DNA of 64,000 bases, from assembly GCA_964016885.1 (NCBI GenBank), contig OZ024741.1, positions 379,440,001 to 379,504,000 of the forward strand. Direction: 5' to 3'. The notes beneath the pieces are model-generated. The model was not told the DNA's origin. It searched no databases and saw only the letters and a list, made by a program, of their open reading frames with translations. The position numbers and the translations under genes were made by a program. Of the stretch, positions 1 to 12,887 are shown in pieces. The stretch comes from Eledone cirrhosa. Lineage: Eukaryota. Every line of letters begins with the position of its first letter. The first letter of the stretch is position 1.

Positions 1-1119
1 AATAAGAAGAAGCTTTATAAGTTTTTTAAAAGCTATAACCTTTCGATCACGATAGGTAGAAATGATAGAGCGGTTAACTTTTTAGATGTGACTTTGGACT
101 TGGTCACTAATAGTTTTAAACCCTTCCATAAGCCTAATGAAATACTTTCTTATGTTAGTCCCAATTCTACCCCCCCCCCCCAAGTCTATGATAAGCTCTA
201 TAATTAAGGGTGTATCTAATAGGATTTCCACACTCGCTAAGGACGTAGGAACATTCAATGAACATGCGGATTACTATAATAATGCCCTAGCAAATTCAGG
301 TTACTCTAGTAAAATACACTATAATAATAGTAACCTTAGAATGTCTCCGTCTACTTTTAATAATAATAACATAATATCACATAACATGGCCATGAATGGT
401 AGTAGCAAACATAGTAACCGTAAAAATTATATAGGTGTATCTGAACCCATCCATAAGTTAACCCACCGGACTCGTAATAGTGAATATAATACCTCTAGGA
501 AACAAGTTGAACCCCCTGAGCGCTCACACATTGGTGATAATTTTGCTGGATCTTATTCTAATAATGTTGCTCCTACTGATCCTATCATTGGCCCTAATCC
601 TTATGATGGGATTCCGGACAGCAGCAGATCAACTGGAGGTAGAAACTGTAATAGACTTAATGAAATTGTGGCTGATTCTATTAATGCGGCTTTAACTAAT
701 CCTTGTAGTAACTCTAGTCTCGATGGTGGGATATTTGATAATGGTAGAGTCGGTTAGAAAAAAAATAGAAGGCGATTAAATACTTATTTTAACCCGTCAT
801 ATAATCAAGAAGTATCAACTAATATCCCTAGGTCTTTCTTCTCTATCTTAGAGAAAAATTTCCCCCTTCGCATAAATACCATAGTATTTTTAATAAAAAT
901 GTTATTAAACTTTCATTCTCTACCACCCCTAATATTAGTTCTCATTTAGCTAGCACTAACAATAGGAAAATTAGGGATGGATTCTACTCTCTACATACTA
1001 CTAGTCTGAATAGATCTGGCAATGCATTACCACCAGAACAGTCCTTATCTAATAGCAATCCTACGTGTAATGCATCACCACTTGAGCCAACCAATAACAC
1101 CCGGAAGTGCAATTGTAAA

Positions 1120-1560
1120 GTGAGTGCTAACTGCCCTTTAAACGGTAACTGCCTTTCTAAGAACATTGTCTATGCTTGCGAAGTTATAACTAATTCCTCT
1201 AATAGAACTTATATAGGCTCTACATCTAACACTTTTAAGACTAGGTTTAACTCTCATATCTCCAATTTCAAGCATGTTAAGTTTAAGAATTCTACTTCTT
1301 TAGCACATTATATCTGGGATCTTAAGGGAGCTAATATACCATATAGCCTTAACTGGCGTTTAGTAGCACGCTCTAACCACCTTTCTACACATACTAAGTT
1401 TTGTAATCTCTGTATCCTCGAGACACACTCTATAATCTTCTCTAGCGCATCCTTACTTAACAGAAAGTCCGAGATATTCTCTTCTTGCCCCCACGCTATT
1501 TCTAATTCATACTTTTATTATAAACCTAAACGTTCTAGTAGTACAAATTGTACCCATTAG
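1120..1560 (+). pseudogene. GIY-YIG endonuclease domain of PLE ORF (C-terminal fragment)
   Basis: NIVYACEV...TYIGSTSNTFKTRFNSH...LAHYIWDLK...CNLCILE; upstream frames broken by frameshifts/stops. Confidence 0.85.
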
Positions 1561-2446
1561 CTGATATATTCCATTATTTATTTTTTAGTTTAGGTTCTTT
1601 TGTTTGCCAACATTATTATTATCATCATTATTATCATTGGTTTTTGATGACTCTTTATTCTAGCTCTCATAATCTTTTGGCTACTATACCATATCTATCT
1701 TCTTACGCATTAAATTTTCACTATTACACCTTATGAATGTATATAAGATTATATATTTTACGCTATTTATTTTATTTTATTCTTTTTTTTATTTTTATTC
1801 GGATTCTTCTTTGGACCCCCCCCCTTCCCCTCCATGCGCACATAAACTTATTATCAACCCCTCCAAATTGACTAGGATTATATTTAACCGCCCCCCCCCC
1901 TCTTTTACGCTCCTTTCTATTATGTAATATAGTATATCGACTATTTTTTATGCCCCTTTGCATCCTCCATATATTTCTTCATTTCTGTCCCTATTAGCCT
2001 ACCTAATTCTGCTTAAGTCAGTTTTTTAGATATCGTTATGTATATGATAGTAAACAATTTTCATTCCTTTTTGTAAACATTTGTACCGAAATATTAACGT
2101 TTATAAACTTTAATGACTTTAACTATAGCTAATATTATACTGTCTTATTGGATAGTTTAAATATTTTTAATATTAATTTATCAAATAGGGTTTTTGAGTC
2201 ATTTACAGGGGTTGTTTCCTTAGTTTTTACTTAACTACTTAACTGCATGTGAGACCTAAATGTATACGTTTGTTTTTGTTTTTTTAATTTCCGGTTGATT
2301 CTATTTATTTATTTTATTCTATATTTTATATTTTATATTTTATTTGTAATACTACTGTGCATTATATTTACAGTCTGGCACTTACTCACTCATCCATATA
2401 CATGTCTGTCTACCAACCTTGTAATTATGAGTAATTATATATTATA

Positions 2447-3324
2447 CTAGCAGTAAAGCCCGGCGTTGCTCGGGGTCGCTCAGTAGCTGTGTTAAAGTTA
2501 CAATGTTAAGTTTCTTTTTTGGCTTAAAAACTGTAGTGTCTACTGTGCAGACTTGCATGTGGTGTTTTTGACTAATATTCCCTCAACCAACAATATGCCT
2601 TATGAAGTTAAGAAAACATAACGATAACCCGAATGTTATAACAAAAGAGGATGCTGGGGATAAAAACTGCACTGGTTATTTATTAACAAAGATCGAAAAT
2701 ATAAACACTGCAACGCAGAGAAAAACATTAGCGTAACCAAATTATCAGTTATGTCTGTCTGCACGCCTATATCACCTCTCTGCACGACTGTCTGTCTGCA
2801 CGCCTATATCACCTCTCTGCACGACTGTCTGTCTGCACGCGTATATCACCTCTCTGCACGACTGTCTGTCTGCACGACTGTCTGTCTGCACGCCTAACGA
2901 CGAAATATTTGCTTGTTTTACGTAGTCTTTAATTAGACTCGTTTTCAAGTAAAAATATTGTTTTAAAATGCTTTTAAATGGAAATGAAGCAAAACGGAAG
3001 CTTAGTGTTCGAACTGATGAATTTTGCAGGTCAATATTTTGCTGGCTCGACAACTGTTAAAGCCAGCGTAATTTTTTACGTAAGACGCTCAATGTAAACA
3101 GAACAAAGGGAAATAACTGATAACTTACGCTCAAAAATCGATACATTATATTCGATTTCGTCACATAGGGTGGGTCAATTTGAAATTTGTTTTTTTCCGA
3201 TGTCTTCGCTAGGGCTCAATGTACAAGTATAGCAATTTCGGTGCAATTCCGTTTGAGATTCTAAGAGGAGATGTGTGCCAAAAATCGATAGACAGACAGA
3301 CAACCACAGTTTTATATATATAGA
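2447..3324 (-). mobile_element. Non-autonomous Helitron
   Basis: Minus strand begins A|TCTATATATATAAAA at 3324 and ends GACCCCGAGCAACGCCGGGCTTTACTGCTAG|T at 2447 (subterminal GC hairpin, CTAG end, A|T target). Confidence 0.8.
2751..2895. repeat. ~38-bp minisatellite inside the Helitron
   Basis: Repeats of TGTCTGTCTGCACGCCTATATCACCTCTCTGCACGAC. Confidence 0.85.
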
Positions 3325-3761
3325 TTATGTTTATTTATTTTATATAATATATTATATTATATTGTATTTTTTATTGTAATATTGATCCTTATTACTTACC
3401 GTTAATTATATGTAACATTATGATATGTTAAACTTTATATATCATGTAAGATGTTTGTACTTTTGTACCATCAACATTTTTGGGGGGATATTGTACAGTT
3501 TATTTGTCCTCACTTACTCTGTAACCCAGTATGAATTGATTTGTTAACTTGAGTACCATTATATATTGTTTACTATAAATGTTAGTATATTATTATTATA
3601 TTATTATTGTGACATCTATATTGTTTGTGTAAATTAACCGGAGATTATCTATTCTATTATATTGTATTATATAGTATATAATTGTATTATTTATTATTTA
3701 TTATATGTGCTACTTATAATTATATCATATTATTACCTCATGTATATTGGGTAGATGTATT

Positions 3762-3794
<33 letters not shown>

Positions 3795-4233
3795 TTCATT
3801 CCTATCATGCTTATTTTTATATTCAAACTCTTAATAATGTTTAATTTGTGCAGTTGAAGATGGATGTGTGTATTGTTGTATGTGTATGTGTGTGTACGTG
3901 TGCGCACATATATACATATGCATATTGTACCTTTTGATTTTTATTGTAATTTTAATGTTGGTAAAGGTATATTATATTATATTATATTATATTACATTGT
4001 ATTATATATAATTCCTGCTCTATATAACCACCTTTGTTTAGCTCTAGGTTTTTTTTTGCTTTGGACTATATTTGTAATATGGTTCTTAATGTTATATACA
4101 TCCTTAGTAATTTTTATTATATATTTTTATTATTTTTATTATATATTTTTGCAATACTTTAGTGTATGTACACTGCATATTCTTCGGAGCTTCCGGCTTG
4201 TATCTGCCGATATTACTTCTTGTTGTTTTAATT

Positions 4234-4271
4234 GCCCTGATGAGTCCTTAATAGGACGAAACATTGTCGGC
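4234..4271 (+). ncRNA. Minimal type I hammerhead ribozyme
   Basis: GCC-CUGAUGA-GUCCU(UAAU)AGGAC-GAAA-CAUU-GUC^GGC, immediately followed by AAUAAA. Confidence 0.85.
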
Positions 4272-4389
4272 TAATAAAGACTTTTGATGTATTGAAGGCT
4301 TCTTTGTTTTACTCTCTTAATATATATATAATATTATTGAATCTATCCATAAAAATATATCCATAAGGATCTCCCGACTGTCGTCTAAT

Positions 4390-5325
4390 TTGCAGACCCT
4401 CAACGAGCATGCTGAATATTATAATGACGCACTTAGAAAAGCTGGTTACTGCGAGAAAATTGAATATCTAGACGATAACCACATAAGTACTATGAATAAA
4501 ACACATCTAAGTCGAACTAGTATTGCACCACACACACACATCAATAGGCATACTAACAGGTGCAAACCAGCAAATAGAGTCAGACGTAGAGAGTACATAT
4601 GGTATAACCCCGTGTACAATTCTTCTATTAGCACTAGGATTATCTCACAATTCTATACACTAATCAATAAACACTTTACAGCTTCACATAAATACTATAA
4701 AATCTTTAACTCGCGCACCATTAGACTCTCATACTCCACTGCACCTAACATAGAACAACTAATTAGAAAACTCAACTCAGCAATACTGAATAAGTACATC
4801 CATAATGACTCAGCGCACCAGCATAGCAACATACAACGCACTAACACGCAACCACAACCCCACCAAACTATCCAGGATTCTACTGCAAAACATAAAAATA
4901 GTTGTAACTGCACCAAACCAGGTACGTGCCCACTGAATAACCAGTGCCTAGCACGCAATATTGTGTACCGGTGTACAATAAATTCCGGGACAAACAAATG
5001 GTATTACGTCGGATGTACCGCAACTTCTTTCAAGGCTCGCCTATACCAACATCGATCTTCGATCAGGCACGAGAAAATGCGCTCCGTAACAACCCTCGCC
5101 GATAAAGCCTGGCAGCTTCGGAGGAACAATCAAGCGTTCTCCCTTGATTGGCAAATTATTGCAGCTGCGCCTGCATATCAGCAATTTAGAGATATACTGT
5201 TATGCAATTTAGAGATATACTGCATTTTAACGTCGGTAAACAAACTTTTGAACAGCAAAGTTGAACGTTCTCTATATTGTAACCATCGTTTGAAAACGAC
5301 TTTTTCTTTTTTTAAATGCATATAA
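4390..5325 (+). CDS. C-terminal part of PLE polyprotein (RT thumb end, linker, GIY-YIG endonuclease); truncated
   Basis: 311-codon open frame homologous to 1-1560 and 54976-55590; no RT catalytic core, so not functional alone. Confidence 0.75.
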   Translation: MQTLNEHAEYYNDALRKAGYCEKIEYLDDNHISTMNKTHLSRTSIAPHTHINRHTNRCKPANRVRRREYIWYNPVYNSSISTRIISQFYTLINKHFTASHKYYKIFNSRTIRLSYSTAPNIEQLIRKLNSAILNKYIHNDSAHQHSNIQRTNTQPQPHQTIQDSTAKHKNSCNCTKPGTCPLNNQCLARNIVYRCTINSGTNKWYYVGCTATSFKARLYQHRSSIRHEKMRSVTTLADKAWQLRRNNQAFSLDWQIIAAAPAYQQFRDILLCNLEIYCILTSVNKLLNSKVERSLYCNHRLKTTFSFFKCI

Positions 5326-5735
5326 TGTTACCTTTTTATACCAACGTTTGCAAATTTCTGTCTTATATGTTTATACACTAGATATGGCTTTCTATAATAA
5401 TAGTACTAAACACTGTTTTTCTGGACCCCTTTAGAAATAACCTGCTACTATAATAGCCCTAATAACTTGTCTGTGACACTGTACTACTTTGACCCCTCTA
5501 ACTAAATTTTGTCCGAACAACACCACTAGAAGAATCTACTTCCCAGCCAACCTTAGCATGCCTCATTAAGCTAACTGCTGCCTAAACATTCTCTCTTCAC
5601 AATCTCTACTAGTCTGACAGTCTTAAACCCTAAGACTCCCTCCACCTTACTCACTTCCCTCTTCCCCTTCTCTTCCTACCTCCTTCTTTATCTTTTATCT
5701 AGTGTATAAAATATTTTCATATCATTCTAATACAA

Positions 5736-5852
5736 AGGTCTGATGACATGGTGTGTTGGCTTACAGTGTACTTTCGGTTTTTGATAATATTTTTGTATTA
5801 TTCAAGTAGCGAGGTATAGGTAACTCATACACTATAGAAACAATTGTTACCT
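5736..5852 (+). ncRNA. Type I HHR with ~90-nt extended stem II
   Basis: AGGU-CUGAUGA-cAUGGUGUG...UACACUAUa-GAAA-CAAUUG-UU^ACCU-AAUAAA; palindromic stem III ACAAUUGU. Confidence 0.75.
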
Positions 5853-5892
5853 AATAAATTCTATATAACCGCATTTCCATTTCGTAAATTTT

Positions 5893-5951
<59 letters not shown>

Positions 5952-6334
5952 GAAATTACATGAATCAGAGTTCAGTTTAAACCATTTAAACTGCTTGTAT
6001 TACATATAACACCCTGCCCCACTATAATCACATATAAATAAGACAGACATGCATGCCCCATGTGTAACTATTGCATACACTAACTGCTTCTAACTATCCT
6101 CTTGCATTTTCTTTGTAAACTTTAATTTTGTTTCCTTTTAATACGACTTTAATCTTTGAATGTAAATTGCCATGCTAAAATATTATAATGGATGTCAACC
6201 CACTGTGCGTCAATATATACATATGTTTCTGTATGTCTCTTGTGTTTAAAAGAAGGTCATGTATCTAAACAATCATGGAAAAATTGTTTCGAAGAATCCA
6301 AACAGAACTTTGATTGATGTAATATCTATATAAC

Positions 6335-6492
6335 TGCTCTGTCGAACAACTGATGTTATTACATTGAGCTATTTATCTTACTGGTAATAAGGTAGTAATA
6401 AATTACTGTCTTTCCCTATTTAGGGTTTAAAATATATATAACTATAAAAGGTTTTAGTATATACATAACCATAAATAGTATCCTTAATACTA
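6335..6492 (+). repeat. Dispersed repeat terminus, second copy at ~54200-54335
   Basis: Shared ACATTGAGCTA..TATCTTACTGGTAATAAGGTAGTAATAAATTACTG..ATAAATAGTATCCTTAATA, ending at (TA)n in both copies. Confidence 0.7.
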
Positions 6493-6511
6493 TATATATA
6501 TATATATATAT

Positions 6512-7036
6512 TTCGTTTCTGAATTTGTTTAGCAAGATTCTTTATCTGAAAACGTGTGTTGAAACCGATATTGTTATACTTTGGGAGGGTCATGTTGCCA
6601 ATTAGGAACACAAGCACCAGTTGCATCACTTCAGTTTATTATAAGTTAAATTTATAAGTTTAAGAATTTATAAATTTCCGGGTGGTTGGTTCCACAACCG
6701 GACGGTTGCACATATATTGTCAAAGTTCTTTCGTCACACATTATGTGACCTCTTCATTGACTGGGGACTATTTTCTTTGTTTTTGTGCCTCTCCTTTGTT
6801 CTGTCCTACGCCATCTTGTTTTCGTGGGTGCTGTGTGCTTAGTTTGCGCATGTGTTACATCCGGGTGTATGTGTGTGTTTATATTTGTTTATTTATTTGT
6901 TTATTTACATGTTACTGGTTGGTTGTTTGTTCTATGTGTGTGTGTGTTTTCATTTTGTCCTTAATTGTAAGTTGTGATGTTGCTATTCCATTCATGTTTT
7001 CTATTTAATTTTGGTTGGAGTTCATTTATGTTTATA
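6512..7036 (-). mobile_element. Non-coding HHR-bearing repeat (PLE pLTR-like), family also at 42970-43950
   Basis: Reverse complement of 43050-43500/43690-43950; HHR-like motif 6719-6761 with mutated core (AUGAAGA). Confidence 0.7.
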
Positions 7037-8477
7037 AACATGAAACTCCAAGCACCACACCCTCGGTGGCTTTTGTCTTTGTATGAGTCAGTCGTATAAG
7101 ACTGTGTTGTCAACGATATATATCGACTTCACCATTGTGCATATTTATTACTGGTGAACTTCACTGTTACTAATATCCTCATAATATCGTCATCACTTAT
7201 ATCATCATTATTGCAATTGTCATCGATGACAGAGTCATCACCTCACCACAACACTTGCCACCAGCACTACCCCACAAGCAGCATCACTACCACTACCACC
7301 ACAAACTAAAACAACAACAACAATAAAAAAGCACATATAACACTACTACAACCTATATAAATACCAGGATCTCCAATACAATCAACTTTGCTAATGTACA
7401 TCAGCAACGCCAAAATGTTTCCACCAGCTGTGCTTGCCAGCTTGATGTTAGATAAAGTGTAAAATTATTTCTATAAAAACATATAAAACATCTAAGTAAG
7501 GTTTTAATTGAAGTTAATATTAGATACCATTTAATATGAAATTACTAAGCTATTACAATTTCATTTAATATCTAATATATTAAAATATCATATTGGAGGT
7601 GCATAAATCAAAACAATATCAATAAACAATGCAAACGAAATACTGTAAGATGAAGTATGAAACCAAATAAAATTGGTTTTTATACAATAGTATATTTATT
7701 TCAAATGAATAATTGAATCAATTTCAGAGTTATTGTATGACTCGTCAGACTCCGGATAATCTCCTTGAAATGTCCTTTTCCCGGCACAGACCGGGATAAT
7801 GTTTGGTTGAAGATCAACAGTTGCCTAATCGTTCTAGTCTCTCCTTTCCAAACCACATACGGTATCAAATTAAGAGGATGATGCGCAAGTCCCATGAATA
7901 TGGATCACGTTTTTAGTATAAAAACTGGTATAAAACTTCGTTTACAAATATAAACAGTGGAAAGAAAGGATTGTTAAATTGCACACTTAACCATTTCAAA
8001 GCTTGGCGTATACAGCAATGGCATTTTATTTTATTTATTCCAATGCGCAAAAAGCAATAAAAAGATCAGCTTGTAATCAACTAAAGTATAAGCGCAAATA
8101 AGTTTACAAGTATAAAAAGTAACTTGTTAAATGTAGTTCGGAAGAATTGTTTATTTCTCATGTTTCTGTTTCTATCCATTTATTTGATTTCCTTTCTAAT
8201 ATAAAATGGTTCGAAATGGCTATTTATATACTTTCGTTTCCTTTTTAAGCCTTCAATAATTTTCTACGTAAACTAACTTTTCAAAAATGTAGCTCTTCTC
8301 TTCAACGATGAAACAGCTACTTTACCCATATGTTAGTCCTCTGAGGAACTGGAAACATATGGTGCCAGTTCCTCGGAGGACTAACAACACACGCAGGAGC
8401 TGGACATATCGATGAATTGACAGAGTGGAACATATTTCAACAACATGTTTACATGTCTTTTCCACATTAATTCTTAT

Positions 8478-8528
8478 TGCCTGAAGAGGTCATAGCCAAT
8501 AATAGCTGTCACCGAAATATATATAGCA
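8478..8528 (+). ncRNA. Minimal type I HHR
   Basis: UGC-CUGAAGA-GGUcAUAGC..GCUGUcACC-GAAA-UAUAUA-UA^GCA, AATAAA ~10 nt later, then (TA)n. Confidence 0.8.
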
Positions 8529-8679
8529 GAGAACTTATAATAAACGAAGCCAAATTTTACATTTTTGACATACTTATTTTATATATATATATATAGAGAG
8601 AGAGACAGAGGAGCAGATTTCTTCCGGAAAAAGATAGAACGTGATAGAGAGGATATGAGAAAGAGATACAGCGGAAGAA

Positions 8680-8838
8680 TCGACCCCCAGTGGTTGACTG
8701 ATACTTGTTAATCGAGCTCATAATGATGAATGGCAAAGTTTACATCGGCCGGATTTGAACGCAGATAGCACAGAGCCGGAACGAATGGCATAAAACATTG
8801 TATCCGACGTTTTAATGACTCAGCCAATTCGCCACCTA
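8680..8838 (-). mobile_element. tRNA-derived SINE (family 1)
   Basis: Minus strand has A-box-like TGGCTGAGTCATT and B-box-like GTTCAAATCC; similar to 12888-13070. Confidence 0.7.
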
Positions 8839-8879
8839 TCATACACACACACACACACACACTTACACACACACATACA

Positions 8880-8964
<85 letters not shown>

Positions 8965-8965
<1 letters not shown>

Positions 8966-9250
8966 ACGAAGAAGTTGTGGTAAGGAACTAGATGGACCAT
9001 AACGCACCAGAGTACTCAATACTAAGGGTAGCAGAGTGGGTAATAGGAAAATGTATCATCCCGACCGGGAGAGCTGAAGCCGTTTCGACGGCTATTTCTG
9101 GACTAAATTTGAAATTTTAGCCTGGTAAATAAATAGCCGAACATTTCAATGGGTAATTCCATATATGGGAAGATTGTAGCTGTCAGGAGGATTGGTCAAC
9201 ATTTGTTGCAAACACAATTAAGTCTATCATGGCAGTGGGTGGAAGGTGGG
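8965..9250 (-). mobile_element. Family A terminal repeat (PLE pLTR-like), diverged copy
   Basis: Matches 35335-35640 (GTAAGGAAC.AG.TGGACCATAACGC.CCA.AGTACTCAATAC); abuts microsatellite. Confidence 0.7.
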
Positions 9251-9942
9251 GTGGCTGAATTAGCCTGTAGAACAATGAGGGAGTGGGTAGAGCCGCTTAA
9301 GCGTTGAAAGTGAAATCTATAGAGCAAATTCTAAGGATTGTGTATGAAAGTAGACCAGACGGAGTAGGCGAAAAAGGGTTCTGGAAAAATAAGGTAGGGT
9401 TGTTATAGAATAGGTAAATCAATTGAGATTTGGAGACAATAACAAAATAAGAGAAAGATATATAAACATATAAAATTGGATAGTAAGATGTGATAAAAAA
9501 CAAAAACTGTGGAGTCTAAAACAGCTGCTATATTTAGCTGGTGTTGCTTTTTCGGCCAATGCTATAGAATAGGTGAATAAGTTGAGAATAGAAGATACTA
9601 AATAAGTATTTTTGAAATTATTTGCATTCGGCGGTGGATTGAACCGAGACGATGGGCTCCTTACCCTCAAAAGGTACAACCCCAGTAGTACAGACCGGTC
9701 CGTAAACAACTAATCAACTTCTTCCTTAAAATTTTCAAATGTCAACACTTCCGGTTATACGACATTCCTAACGTCTTCACGAAACAAAGTATCATATGCC
9801 TGTTTTCTTTCGCTTGCAATGTTTTTCGAAATATTTACGTTCACAGTTGTAGTTTCAGAAGATCCCGTTAAGGGTGAAAGCAGCGAATCTTTGCTTAAAC
9901 GGTTATCTGTTATTTTAATATATATATATATATATACAGTCA

Positions 9943-10074
9943 AGAATTAGCCGTTGAAACGGCTTGAGGCCAGCCGTCGGGGTCCTATTCGTTCCTATTA
10001 CCCACTCTACTACCGTAAGTATTGAGTACTTTGGTGCGTTATGGTCCATCTGGTTCCTTACCACATTTCCTTCG

Positions 10075-10076
<2 letters not shown>
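9943..10076 (+). mobile_element. Family A terminus, opposite orientation
   Basis: AGAATTAGCCGTTGAAACGGCTTGAGGCCAGCCGTCGGGGTCC...CCACATTTCCTTCGT then (TA)n. Confidence 0.75.
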
Positions 10077-10109
<33 letters not shown>

Positions 10110-10155
10110 TATATTCGTGTACAGATAGTTTTGCATACACAAAAACAAAAGATCA

Positions 10156-10391
10156 ACAAACGTATTTATTTCACGAAACCACAGACGGCTTATCGCCATT
10201 GTTACTGCCGATATGCCACCAAAATATTCCTAGCCTGGCCGTAAGATCAGATTTTCCAGAAGAAAAAATGTTATAACAAACGTATTTATTTCACGAAAGC
10301 ACAGACTTATCGTCATTGTTACTGCCGATATGCCACCCAAAAAGTCCTAGCCTGCTCGCGAGATCAGATTTTCAAGAATAAAACATGTTAC
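10156..10391. repeat. Tandem duplication of ~120 bp
   Basis: ACAAACGTATTTATTTCACGAAA.CACAGAC...AGATCAGATTTTC present twice. Confidence 0.8.
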
Positions 10392-10410
10392 TAGAGCAAC
10401 AGAGAGACTA

Positions 10411-11366
10411 AGCTTCGCGATTACCATCAACAAAGCTGAGGATCAGAGCCTAAATGTGGCTGGCCTTCATTTGGGAAAACCATGGTCAATTGTATGTAGG
10501 ATGCTCTAGGGTGAGCTCGCCAAACAATCTCTTCATCTTTGCTCCGGAGAGCCGAACAAAAAATATTGTATATTCTGAGGCTCTAACAATGGAAGTTGTG
10601 TATTTTCTGTTACTTGGAATTTCTATTATGGTTGTACAACTTATTGTAAAGTTTGTAAAAAATTGGTTCTCTGTTCAACCTTTATTGTAATTATCAATTT
10701 TCTTTAACGTACTGGCTGAGAAAAGAGACCTACAATGAAAGAACATCTTAAAGTTTACCCAAACCAAATGTTGTATTTATTAACATTTCTCTCTGCAGGT
10801 TCTTAGCAAGCTTACTGGCGCTTTAGTATGGTATTCAATTCTCATATCGTTTTTGATTGATATGGTGCATCTATTGCAGGTCTCTATATGTTTAAAACAT
10901 TAGATAACGATTGATGATGTATATTGTATGACAGAACTAGCTGAAAAATATTTTGAATGAACAAATAAAAGAGATATAAAAGATGGATGTTTGTTGGTTG
11001 GTTCCTTTGCGTATCACACGAAAAAAACGAAGTGACAATCGGAAAGTATGTAAAGGATTGGGATAAGAGTATATCCAGGAAAGTTTATTGATACTAATTG
11101 TATAACACCAAAGTAGAAGAAAGATGTACCACGTATCCTAACCAACCTGCCTGCTATATCTAGCAGGTTGGGAATCAACCATAAGGGATTCTCTCTCGAG
11201 CTCGTTGTCAGTGATGATCGTGTTTCGCGGCCTATGTCTCCGATTCCAACAGTGGTTTACACACACACACACACACACACAGGCACATGCACACGCACAC
11301 ACGCGAACACTTACACATGCACACAGGCACACACGCACACACGCACACACGCACACACACATATAT

Positions 11367-11397
<31 letters not shown>

Positions 11398-11533
11398 CAC
11401 AAACAGACACAAACATACACATACACAATACACACACTGTAAACAAGACAATGCATTCAATAAACACGTTTTCTCTTCTGCCGGTCTTTTCTTAATATTT
11501 GTTAACCCTGGCGAAGCTAGGTACCTCAGCTAG
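10411..11533 (+). mobile_element. Helitron 3' remnant with Pif1-family helicase C-terminus
   Basis: 10411-10584 translates SFAITINKAEDQSLNVAGLHL / HGQLYVGCSRVSSPNNL..TKNIVYSEAL; ends CCCTGGCGAAGCTAGGTACCTCAGCTAG|T at 11533; 5' limit uncertain. Confidence 0.7.
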
Positions 11534-11680
11534 TATATATATATATATATATATATATACCCCGATTAAACTTATATATATATATTTATATATAAGTTTA
11601 TTCGGGGTTCAATCGGGGGTAACCACAGGAAGTAAGGTACTCAATATATATCAGAGTTTAAATATTTATTATAGAGATGG

Positions 11681-11721
11681 CTTCTACAGGATTGTTTCAG
11701 TCGGGTGAAATCATCAGGAAG
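11681..11721 (-). ncRNA. Degenerate type I HHR
   Basis: CUUC-CUGAUGA-(stem II poorly paired)-GAAA-CAAUCCUG-UA^GAAG, with AAUAAA just downstream on the same strand. Confidence 0.55.
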
Positions 11722-12240
11722 TCTATAATTCAAGTGGTATGGTGGTTTTATACCTTTTCTGGTGGTAGGAGAGGGTAGTGACTAGGATGGGTGGAGGTCA
11801 TTGGTTGATTGGTCATTGTGTTGATTCCTTCAAAACTATGTTTAGAGTAAGAAAGGCAGGGAAAAATTAATTGCTATGCTTCTGTACACAGGTTCACACG
11901 TGGGGAGGGGGGGCTTGCACGCGTGATTTGTAAGGTTCATTGAAGCTAACTATGGCTATTTATTGGTAGCTCTGCCGAAATGGTCAGGCATCTACAATCA
12001 CTCACGCACGCACACACATGCCCTCACACCCACACCCACGCACATGCACAAACACACACTCATATATCCAAAGCTACAATTGTTGTGAAATGGAATTGAG
12101 TAAATGGCATAATTAATCTGCGATATTAGAACTAGTTCAAAAGAAAATATGCGTTTTTGTCTTACTTTACTTTTCTGCAATTCTGTCAATTTCACAATTA
12201 AAAGAAAACTCTTTGATGATTTGTGTTATTGTGTCATTGT

Positions 12241-12300
<60 letters not shown>

Positions 12301-12454
12301 TTTAGTCTCATGTGGAGATTCAGGAGTTAAAAGGATGTTATGCTTGAGATAACACTCCTGACCCTCTACATGATGCCTTTGACAATGAAAACAATTATGT
12401 AACCTAAATTTTCTGAATGACTAAGCTTTTAGTCACATGTTTCCACATTCCCTA

Positions 12455-12501
12455 TGCTCCGATAATTCCAGACTTCCTTCTGGAAGAAACAATTGTCAGC
12501 A
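12455..12501 (+). ncRNA. HHR-like motif with CCGA core (same type as 48977 and 54107)
   Basis: UGCU-CCGAUAA-UUCCAG..CUGGAA-GAAA-CAAUUG-UC^AGCA. Confidence 0.65.
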
Positions 12502-12656
12502 GATAAATGTTCTAAGCTCAAATCTGATCGTTTTAAACACTTTGTATCTCGGCACTGTAAAACACTTGAAAATGTGCATTGTGCCTTTTGCCATACCGGT
12601 AACCGGCTAGTACTTAGTACTACCCTCCACATTTATAAATATATAAATATAAATAT

Positions 12657-12699
<43 letters not shown>

Positions 12700-12887
12700 A
12701 GAGTCCCATGAATTGTTCTCTACGCTATCATGTGTCGTGGGAAATATTTAAACCTATATGGTTTACTGACTGTTCTCAAGCACAATATAGATGCATTATA
12801 TATACACGGGGTTGATGAAATAAAGTACCAGTAATGTACTGAACTAATTGCTGGCCTATTGCCAAAGGTAGAAACAATTATATATAT

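Larger units (their letters stand above)
1..4320 (+). mobile_element. Penelope-like retroelement (CxCx5C-linker, 'Hydra'-like type), 5' end outside window, frameshifted; long 3' UTR interrupted by a Helitron
   Basis: RT thumb-type residues near the start (VNFLDVTLDL..FKPFHKPN), linker CNCKVSANCPLNGNCL, GIY-YIG-like IVY..YIGST in ORF 1120-1560; ends with HHR (4234-4271), AATAAA and (TA)n at ~4320. Confidence 0.85.
4358..5900 (+). mobile_element. 5'-truncated PLE (CxCx5C/GIY-YIG type)
   Basis: ORF 4390-5325: WYNPVY, YYKIFN..IRLSYS, CNCTKPGTCPLNNQCL, IVY..YVGCT; HHR 5736-5852, AATAAA, then (TA)n. Confidence 0.85.
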
